Assembly (NCBI GenBank): GCA_965153455.1
Contig: OZ234493.1
Location: forward strand, 31,734,213 to 31,798,212
Reading direction: 5' to 3'
DNA from: Sphagnum compactum
Lineage: Eukaryota
DNA length: 64,000 bases
The notes beneath the pieces are model-generated. The model saw nothing but the letters and a program-made list of their open reading frames with translations, was not told where the DNA came from and did no database searches. The translations under genes and the position numbers were made by a program. Shown here piece by piece: positions 26,752 to 46,913 of the stretch (positions within the stretch are counted from its first letter, which is position 1; each line of letters begins with the position of its first letter).

Positions 26752-28561
26752 TTTTAGAAATATTTTCATATTTAATTTTGTGGTTATGGATTGGTGACAA
26801 TGTTAGTTGGGTTTGGTGCACATTTGAGGAGGTGGTAGATAAAACAAAATGTCAAAAGATGAATGTGAATTTTTTTACATCAAAACTAGGATGAATCATT
26901 TCACCTAGTTGATAGGGGGCAAAATCCCTTGAAACTACTATGTTTTATAATGATTCTCAACACAATATCCTTGCCTGACAAGGCAGGGCCAACAAATAAA
27001 CATTGAAAGTAACAAATGTGCATGAATGTTGCGTAGAATAATTTAAAAGCATAAGCAATTAGAGTTCACAAACAAACACCATAAACAAATGGGTGATTTA
27101 CACAAAGGCAAGGACCTATGTAGAATAAATGAAAGATGCCAAACTACCTATAATCTCATGATTTATAGCGATGGCATTGGTCAAACTATGTTTAGTGGTA
27201 GTTCAAATGTTAATGGTAGATCCATCACATTCTTGAATGCCATTCTTGGTAAGTAAACCATGTTGTGTTAGAACTCGCAATATCATTCATGCATGATGTC
27301 CACAAACCAAAATCAATCGAATTGTAATAGTCATGTGCACTGTGATTGTACATTTCTGATTAATTTTATAGGAATTTTTTGTCTTGATTTAGTGATGTTT
27401 ACTTTCACTTGCAATATGTAGGTTGTAGCTTCTTCAAACTTTGAGACAAAAAGTTGGGTTGTTGGTTGCATAATTGTTTGTTTGTGGTATGATACATGCA
27501 TCATCCTCTTTTGTGTGCATGTCATGTGTGATGTAGCTATGAAAGCTTGGGGCTCATCATCAGAATGGACATGACAATCCAAAACATTCCCAAACCAAGT
27601 TGTCACCAAGCTATTGCACTTATGTTGTTGGTACATGTTGATCATATGTTGATACATGTTGGTCATTTGTTGATGTTCGGCGGTATCATTACTTGAAGAA
27701 GAGTGGATGGTTTGGACAAAAGTTTGTAGTGACATATTTGTGCACATACCATTGGCAATAGGTCTAGATTAGGTTTAGGGTTTAGGGTTTATTTGTGCAC
27801 ATACCAATTAACCCAACTAATTGTTTTGGGTAATTGCCACCAAAAACTTAGTTTAATCATAACCTAATGTGAGCTCACTTTAGTTGTTAGCTTGCTTTAG
27901 CCTTTAATGTTAGTAAGTGAGTATTATGCTTTTTAACACTAACTACCCTACCTTCAAATATGAACATAGCATTATACTACTAACATAACAAATAAAGGTC
28001 TAATCCATATTGGCCAATTACTACTTTTTTCATAACCAATGGGGCAATTTTTTTATTTTTTTAAATTTTTTTTTGGCACAATATGAGTATCAATTTTTAA
28101 AAATTCAATTTTCTTAGAATTGCCTATTATCAATTTTAAGATCAACTAAAATAATATACACGGTTACCAATTAACCCAATTAATTGTTTTAAAGTACTGG
28201 TAGTCCAGAAGGGCGTGCCTAGCAAGCAAGCCCTTAAGTGGACTTGGAACCCTTAAGTGGACTTGGAACTTGTGTTAGAGACTAGAGAGCAGCAGAGCAC
28301 CACCGTCAACAGGACGCACTCGCCATTACACTTCGTAGGTATCAAAATGGCAGCCTCGCGGCGGCGGTGACTCACCCTTCTTCTTCTTCTTCTTCTTAGC
28401 GAGAAAGAAGAGTGGGCGCGAGCAAGAGAACACAAAAAACCCAAGTATTCTTCCGAGAGAATACTTCACAAGACAACTCTCCAACAAATTGCAGTGGGTC
28501 CTTTTGTCCTTGTCATAAACCCTACCAACTCAAGCTCCCTCGGTCACTTGTCGGCCACGAG

Positions 28562-37817
<9,256 letters not shown>

Positions 37818-38750
37818 GGGCTTGGTCAGATGGCATGACCTCAGTGAGTGCAATGAATTTCTGCACTTTGTTAGTAAAGCATAAATATGCCTGTCAACAC
37901 AGGGAAGTGAAAATTGGTCATTGTGGAAAGACATGAAAAGAAGGAAATAGCTTCTGTAGTCGGAAACATGCAGTTGGGTGTGTCAAGAAGCAGTTGCCTG
38001 CATGAGTTGTCCTGCACTACAGTATGATATCTTTTGTTATATTTTTCTGCAGTCCTCCACAGTATTGAAGCTTACTGACTCTTCTCTCCATGCACTTATT
38101 AGTGTTTATATGTACTTGGTGGGCAGCTCTCTGAACCATAGAAGTTGATCTTGATGACAAGGCTTGCATCAATGTGCATCCTGGTCATATGTGAGTGAGT
38201 TGGTTCTTTTATATCGTACCACTTGTTGCTTGGTATTTTCGGAGCGTCAGAGTCTTATTCTGGATTGTGATCCTATGGTAATGAAATAGAAATGTGACTT
38301 GTGCTTTGGATGAGTGGATTGTTATGCAACACAACATCTGCAAAATACTATTTTTGAAACTTGCCAGTACATGAGCTGATTTTCTAATAACTTCATGTGG
38401 TACACTTAACAAGATAAGGAGTTTCAAGACCTCTTTTGATATCTAATCAGCCATTTTTGTTGGCTTTCAATTGGCAACTTTTCATGCTGCTGTGTTGAAG
38501 GATTTTTGAGAAAACATTCATAAAGAGATGTATATAGCATTTTTGAGAGTTAAGATTGTACGAAAGTGGAATGTGTTCTAATTGCCATGTTTGATCCTTC
38601 TTTGGATCTGTTGCCTTGCAAATGTTTTATCAAGTGTTATGGTTTTGACATGTTAAATCATAAGTGGATTTTGAGTGTAAAAAAATTATTCTACATTCAA
38701 CTTCTCAACCTGTAGCAAGTAAGGGAATTTGACTGTAACAGCTCCACAAG

Positions 38751-39935
38751 GTGAAGGGTTTTAATTCTTTAATTATTTAGCTAGTTGATTGATTGCCAAT
38801 GTCAAGCAAATGTAATTTTATGTGTGTGTTTAGAACTATACAACCAGCGACTTCACTCAACATTGCACTATGGTTTTAAAGTATTGGAAAGAATTGCACC
38901 CGATTATTGTACACTTCAGAATTTCTCTTTGAAGTACTGCAAACTACATTTCAAAAGAAGAGAAGGGTCACAATTCAAGGCCAAAGAAAGAGACCCGAAG
39001 ATGAAGCAATGTCAGTTGCAATATATGACATGATTGAAGTATGTGAAATCACATGCAACTTTCACAAAATGATAAAACCCAAAGAACAAATATGCATAAA
39101 AGCTGTTGAAGCAAAAAAAATAAAATTTATTCAAAACGATGTCCCATATTGAATGGCTGCATTGCGGTATTGAAATGGGCCTTTTGCACGAATTCATTAA
39201 ATCGTAATTTTAAAGCAACGATTGTGAATGTCCAACAAAATTCATGTGTGAATTGTAAATTTAGGTGGGAAGATGGCATATATAGATTTATATTTGAATG
39301 GTGGAGAAAAAAAAAAGGTTGATTACCATGCTCTCTAATGTATATATTACATTAAACAAATGATGTTTGATTTTGTAATTCAAACTTATCTCTTTCAAGC
39401 CTAACTATGTCACTCCTTTCCACTACACATGTACATGGACATGAAAATACATATGGTAACGTGTCTTTTCATGTCCATGTTGTGTAATTTAATAACCTAC
39501 ACCTCAAGTTCAACTCTTTTTTTTTTTGTTCTTCTTTCTTTGTTCGGCAATGAGCCATTTTGATTGGCCCATCACAAAGTACCATTTATCTTTGTATCTA
39601 ATTAGATTGGGAGGTGTCTCTCAAGTTCAAGTATTCTATTGCTGAGAGGCTTTGTCGAGGCTGCAATTAGATTGTCGGGGAAGGTAGAGGATGAAGAGCA
39701 CCTGCTCCTTGTCTGTCCAAATACACAGAAAGTTAGGGAACACTGTTGTTCGGCCCTGCCCCTCACCCACACGAGCACTCTTGCTGAGCTCATACAGATT
39801 ATGAACACAATCGCCCTGACCAAGTTTGTGTCATGCTGCTAGTACTAGAGGACAATTTGTCCTCCATGATCTACCTTTCATCTAATGGATTCTTTGGTCC
39901 CAAACGGACGTAAAATTATAAACAGTAAACAGTAT
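38751..39935 (+). repeat. Left arm of ~1.2 kb inverted duplication
   Basis: Reverse complement of ~41075-42252 with high identity, e.g. gtgaagggttttaattctttaattatttagctag / ctagctaaataattaaagaattaaaacccttcac. The near-identical mirrored ORFs reflect this. Confidence 0.95.
39643..39930 (+). mobile_element. 5'-truncated LINE 3' end (CCHC zinc knuckle), duplicated copy
   Basis: 'ERLCRGC...VEDEEHLLLVCP' followed by a 3' UTR and an (aaacagt)n tail. Only the upstream TSD copy (caagtattctattgc 39628-39642) is intact. Confidence 0.75.
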
Positions 39936-39939
39936 TAAA

Positions 39940-40330
39940 AACTGGCTAAGTCTCACCAAAAACTTAAATCAAAAATCAAAATTTTTGAAAATGAAGTCAT
40001 TTTGGAGGTTCTCAGAAGTGAGAGGGGAAAAAAAACAAGAGAGTAAATATAACCCTTTGGTTTTCAGTGTGTAGCCAAAGATATAAAAAGGATCATTAAA
40101 GACTGGTACTTCATAATCACAGCAGCATTTGGCTAAACCTTTCTAGGGATGGATGATCGCCACTTTTTCTCCATCTATCTTCGCCAATAAATTCCTAACT
40201 ATTACGGCCAAGTTGGCTAAATGAAAAGAATCGTAAAGTAATACGGGTCCGGATAAAATAGGCTCGGACTGGGTCTAGTTTGATGATTTTAACTGGACTG
40301 GGTGAACACAAAGTGGGTCCTGTTGTTCCT
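39940..40330. repeat. Dispersed repeat; inverted diverged copy at ~45780-46160
   Basis: 'tttggttttcagtgtgtagccaaa', 'gatgatcgccacttttt' and 'gatgattttaactggactggg...caaagtgggtcctgt' have reverse complements at ~46009-46030, ~45906-45927 and ~45781-45822. Confidence 0.8.
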
Positions 40331-41074
40331 CAACAAGTTCGAAGCATAACTTACCCCACTACCAAAAGCAGAAACAACCGGGCCAACACGATATGAGTAA
40401 GTACCATTGTACTGAGCCTTTCCCATTTCGGAAAGGTAACAAGTTTTCAATTACTGCAAATTTATTCAGGCTAAATTCAGGCTAGGGAGTGTGTCCTGAA
40501 GTCACAAAGGAAAAATCACCGCTGGTCTTTTTACGGTTGTGGAACTATACCGAAGCAAAATGTAAGCGTGACGTTCTCTTTCTAGAACTTAATATTGAAT
40601 GCAACCAATCCTTAACACATGCAAGAGTAACCTTTTTGAGCACAGTGCTTATCCAAGGCTTTTCTGAAGAATGCTGTCGTCCCCCCCAATTGTATGTCCC
40701 CGTCATTAGCCTCGGTTGAATGAAGATGGTGATCAATAAATTGTAGGAATAGTGAATGAGCTGACGATGTATCATCATGCACCAAATAGGCCCACCACAT
40801 AATTTTGGTTTCTTCTGTTCCCAATGAGTTCTCATCAAATTCTCAAGGTGTTCCTATCAAGTTCCCAAAGGGTTTTCCTCAAGATGACCCCAAATATAGC
40901 ACCACACTTTTTATCCCATATGCTTTCCTCCACGATGTTCTCTTTTCATCCGTATACCTGGGAGGCCTTCCATGCGTTCATTGATCTTGAGAATAGAACC
41001 TCCTTTTTGGGGAGCCTCCAAAGTTTCACTGTCTTTTTTGTGGTGGGCCAATCAAAATGGCTCATTGCAATAGA

Positions 41075-42252
41075 ATACTTGTTTTGTTTACTGTTTACAA
41101 TTTTACGTCGGTTTGGGACCAGAGAGTCCATTAGACGAAAGGTAGATCATGGAGGACAAATTGTCCTCTAGTACTGGCAGCATGACACAAACTTGGTCAG
41201 GACGATTGTGTTCGTAGTCTGTATGAGCTCAGCAAGAGTGCTCCTGTGGGTGACGGGCAAGGCTGAACAAAAGTGTTCCCTAACTTTCTGTGTATTTGGA
41301 CAGACAAGGAGCAAGTGCTCTTCATCCTCTACCATCCCCGAGTCGTAGCCTCGACAAAGCCTCTCAGCAATAGAATACTTGAACTTGAGAGGCACCTCCT
41401 GATCTAATTAGATACAAAGATAAATGATACTTTGTGGTGGGTGGGCCAATCAAAATGGCTCATTGCCGAACCAAGAAAGAAGAACCAAAAAAAAAAAAGA
41501 GTTGAACTTGAGGTGTAGGTTATTAAATTACGCAACATGGACAGGAAAGGACACGTTACCATATGTATTTTCATGTCCATGTACATGTGTAGTGGAAAGG
41601 AGTGACATAGTTAGGCTTGAAAGAGATAAGTTTGAATTACAAAATCAAACATCATTTGTTTCATGTATATACATTAGAGAGCATGGTAACCAACCTATTT
41701 TTTTCTCCACCATTCAAATATAAATCTATATCCCATCTTCCCACCTAAATTTGCAATTCACACATGAATTTTGTTGGACATTCACAATCATTGCTTTGAA
41801 ATTACGATTTAATGAATTCGTGCAAAAGGCCATTTCAATACCGCAATGCAGCCATTCAATATGGGACATCATTTGGAATAATTTTATTTCTTTTGCTTCA
41901 ACAGCTTTTATGCATATTTGTTCTTTGGGTTTTATCATTTTGTGAAAGTTGCATGTAATTTCACATACTTCAATCATGTCATATCTTGCAACTGACATTG
42001 CTTCATCTTCGGGTCTCTTTCTTTGGCCTTGAATTGTGACCCTTCACTTCTTTTGAAATGTAGTTTGCAGTACTTCAAAGAGAAGTTCTGAAGTGTACAA
42101 TAATCGGGTGCAATTCTTTCCAATACTTTAAAACCATAGTGCAATGTTGAGTGAAGTCGCTGGTTGTATAGTTCTAAACACACACATAAAATTACATTTG
42201 CTTGACATTGGCAATCAACTAGCTAAATAATTAAAGAATTAAAACCCTTCAC
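41075..42252 (-). repeat. Right arm of ~1.2 kb inverted duplication
   Basis: Reverse complement of 38751-39935. Confidence 0.95.
41082..41366 (-). mobile_element. 5'-truncated LINE insertion with 15-bp target-site duplication
   Basis: ORF 41168-41395 reads 'ERLCRGYDSGMVEDEEHLLLVCP'. The tail is aaacagtaaacaaaa. Identical gcaatagaatacttg flanks it at 41067-41081 and 41367-41381. Confidence 0.85.
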
Positions 42253-45200
42253 TAAAGAATTAAAAAATGTTATGAAGGAAAATACATAGTATCTTGGAAT
42301 ATTTTGTTCTTCACATGAAAACTTCAAAATTCATTAATTATTCTACAAAATGTGTTGAAGTTGCCTTTAAACTACATTAATCAAAAGTATTGAAAAATAT
42401 TATTTTAGAATATTATGAATATATTAAATCATCCCATGAATATAATGTTGTGGGGTTAGTTCCAACTTTCTTTTAAGGTGTGCCATTAATTGAATTAAAT
42501 GAACAAAATGATGAATGACTTGTTGCCATAAAAGCTTTACAAAAAAAAGAAAGGAAAGCAAAGAAAATGACAAAAATAGGGGAGAAAAAAAAGGATTTAG
42601 TTTGTGGGCAATACACTAATTGAGTGCAAATTGAAATTAGCAAGACTTTAAAAACCATACAAATTGATTGCATGTAGTTGGAATCATGTTCAAATTTCTC
42701 TATGTAGTTGAAACATGTTCAAAATTTCACTTTTGATTTCAAATTCTACATTATTCAAGAGAGATTTAATATTTTGGTTAAATCAATTGCATGTTAATTG
42801 TAAATCACTTTTTTTTTACCTATTATCAATAAGTATCACACCACAATCATTGAAACTTTAAAATTCCTTTGTGCATGTTGTTATGTAAAAATGCATGATT
42901 CACATTCAAATGTATTTGTGTTTCAACTTTTTGTTCAACAACTGCACTTTTAAGCTTATTATCACATTAAATGATACATTATTTATGTTTTGAAAGACAA
43001 ATCTTAAATTACAAAGTTTTAACATAAACATCGTGATTGCAAATCATTTAATAATGTTTTAAATAACAACATTTTGTTTCACATGAAGGAACAACATGTC
43101 ATGGTGTATTTTACAACATTGAACCACAATCTATATCATACATTCTTCAATGGATTTGATATCAGTTAATTTTCATTAATTTTCATAATTCCAAAAAGTG
43201 GTAACATTGAATTTAACATGATGGTAGTTTTTGGTCTATATTGAAAATCAAATAAAATATATATCTATATGAGATTCCATTATAATTATAATTTAAAAAG
43301 TAATTATTGAATTTAAAAATAAATATTATTTATTTTATTTGCAATTTAATAATGGTTTTAATTAAAGTGAATAATAATAATGATATTTTTACATTAATGA
43401 TTTTATTGATTAATTAAAATATTTAAAACTTCAACTTAAAACTTTTTAGTGGACACCTTTTAATCAAATTTAAAAAAAATCAAATTAACAATGATATTCA
43501 TTAAAACACTTTATCAAATTGGCAAATTTACATTGTAAAATCAATACTATGTTTATAAAATTAATTAGATTTGATACATTCATTCTAAACCTCAAATTCA
43601 TAAATATTTAGTGGGAAGTGGCATATAGCATTCTTTTAATATCGCCTGCACAAATGATTTGGGGGTGAACATTTTAATTTGCCCCTTTTAGATAACCACC
43701 CTTTCCTTGCAATGATAAAACATTTTTCCCCCTTTCTAATTTTATAAAATCTCAAAATCAATAGAATGTATTTTCTCTTTCAACTTTGGTCTTTTTAAAA
43801 TTAAGGAAAAGTTCAATTTTCTAACATTTTCAAAGTTTAAAAAATAATTTAAACCACTATGATTATTGTCAAGCCAAGGTCCTGAAAGGAGATCCCAACT
43901 CAAAATTAAAATTGGTGTACTGAGTACTAAAGTCAAAAATATTTATTTTATATTATATATTTCAAATTAGGGGTCATGCATAATCATGGTAAGAAAAAAA
44001 ATGTTGGGGGGATATTGAAATAAGAACAAAAATGTCAAAAATGACACATGAATGCTTAGATATGTTAATGTTTTAATAAGTGAAAGTTAAATATCATATT
44101 CTAAAATTAATGAAAGTGAAAATGATTTCATGAACAATCTAGATATGATCATGGATTATCAATGTATGACATCTAATTATTTTTTAAATATATTGATATT
44201 TTGATCTTATGTCAATTGATTGTCATCGATAGTGTGAAATAATGTGAAGCCCAAGTAAATCATATATTTAATCATCGACTTTGATTTTTTGGTTGCCATG
44301 GACTATTTATTAATTCCACTAGGCCCAATCTTTAATGTAAGCAAATGTAAACCACCTTCATTTCATGTTTCAAGTTTTTCCATGCTATGAATGAGATTTT
44401 CAATTTGAATTCATTTTTGCTTCTTTGGGGTCCATGTTTTAGATCATCTTTTGTGCAAGTTGAAGTTAAAGTTTACGCCAATTTCTTAACCCTTTTATGC
44501 ACAATAAAAAAATAATTAAAATCATGAATACTTCAAGTTGGATAATTTTTGTGCCTATCCATGACAATAAAAATAAAAATATTAAGAAACACAAAATCAT
44601 AACAATAATAATCAAAAGAGCTTAATCCTCTCAAAATTCCAATCTATTAAAGTGCAAAACTATTGAACCAATACCATTCTTGTAAAAGAGATTTAAAGCA
44701 AATTATGTGTAAGGTAAAGACCAAGGCCATGGCCTTTACAAAATACACAACTCAAGGTGTATTTTGTATTTGTATTTTCACAATTATTTGTATTTGGGGT
44801 TATTATTATTACAAATACACAACTCAAGGTGTATTTTGGCTGAGCAGAATTTCTATTTCTACATTTGTTTGGTACCATTTTTGACCAATGGGAAGGGACA
44901 TACAATCGGGGGACTAATTAATTTTGATGAAATGAAGGCAACGAGATGGGTGTGGGGGGGAGGGGGGGGAGTTGTGACGACAGCATTATAGAGAAGGCCG
45001 TTAAATTACACTTATCAAAAATCACATGAAACATATGGCACAAAAGTTACTTGTAATTTTTGCGACTTGCATGTGTCAAGGTTACGTAAACAACTCCCTC
45101 TTTTATTTCTATGTGTATTTTGAGGGATCTCCCCCCCCCCAGAAGAACCTTAGGACATTATGCTGGTGGGGAAGCTCCCCCAATTTGATACGTTCCCACG

Positions 45201-45292
45201 TTCCCAAGTTCCCAAGTTCCCATGGAAATATTCCTTTTCTACAAAAATGGTAAAGAAGCAAGGAAATAAAAAGAGAGTTGTTACGTAGTAAA

Positions 45293-45570
45293 GGGAGAAG
45301 AGGTTCTCATACTCATGTGTTCTCAGGAGAGAGGTTCTCATACTCGTGTGTTCTCAGGGAGAGGTTCTCATACTCGTGTGTTCTCAGGGAGAGGTAGGTT
45401 CTCATATTCATGTGTTCTCAGGGAGAGGTTCTCATACTCATGCGTTCTCAAGGAGAGGTTCTCATACTCCTGTGTTCTCAGGGAGAGGTTCTCATACTCG
45501 TGTGTTCTCAGGGAGAGGTTCTCAACATCTTGTGTTCTCAGGGAGAGGTTCTCATACTCATGCGTTCTCT
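45293..45570. repeat. 30-bp minisatellite, 9 copies (gggagaggttctcatactcgtgtgttctca)
   Basis: Directly visible head-to-tail units with few substitutions and no spacers. Confidence 0.95.
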
Positions 45571-46913
45571 CCTCCTGAGGTTCGGGTCGGGAGTGACCAC
45601 CTCACTCCGGTTCATGCCCTCGGGGTGTCCCTCCCTCCCTCAGAAGAGGTCACTCACTCGTACAGGAACCTCCCCATCAACATAATATTACCTTCTCCGA
45701 GAGAGAGAAATCCGTCACATACGTCACGTTTACATATATGGTCCGGGCCACTTTAGTCACTTTGAACTCGTCCATGAGCGACAGGACCCACTTTGGTTTG
45801 TCCCAGTCCAGTTAAAATCATCCAAATAGATCCAGTCAGCTCAAAAGCCTATTTTATCCGGACCAGTATTTTTTTTTTTGGGAACTTATTACAAAGATGA
45901 TGCAAAAAAAGTGGCGATCATCTCTATGTAGGTTTAGCCAAATATGGCTATGAAGCAGACCACCATATTTATGAAGTACAAAACTTAAATCATCCTTTCA
46001 TATTTTTTGGCTACACACTGAAAACCAAATGACGAAATCTGGCGATTTTTACTTTTTATATTATTTTTTTGGTCCTCACTTCTGAAAGCATGCAAAATGA
46101 CTTCATTTTTTGAATTTTTGATTTATAATTTAGTTTTTTGGCGAAACATGATCGCCAGTAAAAACAAGGCTGGTCCATTTGGCGACCACAGAGTCTCAGT
46201 GTTTCTTTTAGTGGCGAACTTTTGTATAGCACCCACAAAAAATAAAATGTGCCATTCTATTGATACAAAGGTTGGTTTTTTTGGTGGAAAAAATGGCCCA
46301 GAATTGCCATATTTCCAGGGAAAAAAAGTCTGAATTCACCATATTTAGACATAAGGATATTTAGCCAAATTTGGAGATATTCCAAAATACGAAATTAAAA
46401 AATATTTTAAGCATCATTTCATACTGGAGGCATTTTTTGGCGATTTTTAAATTTAAAATTCATTTCTTGGCGACTTTTTAAAAAAAAAGGGAAGTGATAG
46501 AATATTCTTTTCTTTTGTAAAATGGCGAAAATTCGCAACCAAAAAAATCAAGGTCGCCACACTAACAAGGCAAGATTTATCTTAATTTTATTTTTTCTTA
46601 ATCTCTTCTCTGACATGTGCCCAAATTTGGCCAATGAAGTCTTCTTGTGCAGCTACACCCACTTACGTCACAAATTGAAAACAAAAGAAAAATGAAAGCC
46701 CTCGGTCACAGAGCTTGTGAAGAATGCGTCTGCGTGCTACTACTGCGGGTTTTTGCGAGAAAGCTTCAAAACGAACATGTCGACGATGCAGGCGGTGAGA
46801 GAATTCTGGACAAAATGATGAATTAATTTTGCGAATTGTGCTTAACGAACTTCCAGGTCGCATTCGAGTAGATTTGAGAGAGAGAGAGGGAGAGGAGATA
46901 ACAGGCAAAGTAC

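Noticed and set aside
45293-45570. CRISPR-like array, and the repetitive ORFs 45315-45756
   Set aside because: The units are contiguous with no unique spacers, there are no cas genes and the context is eukaryotic. The ORFs arise because the stop-free unit length is a multiple of 3.
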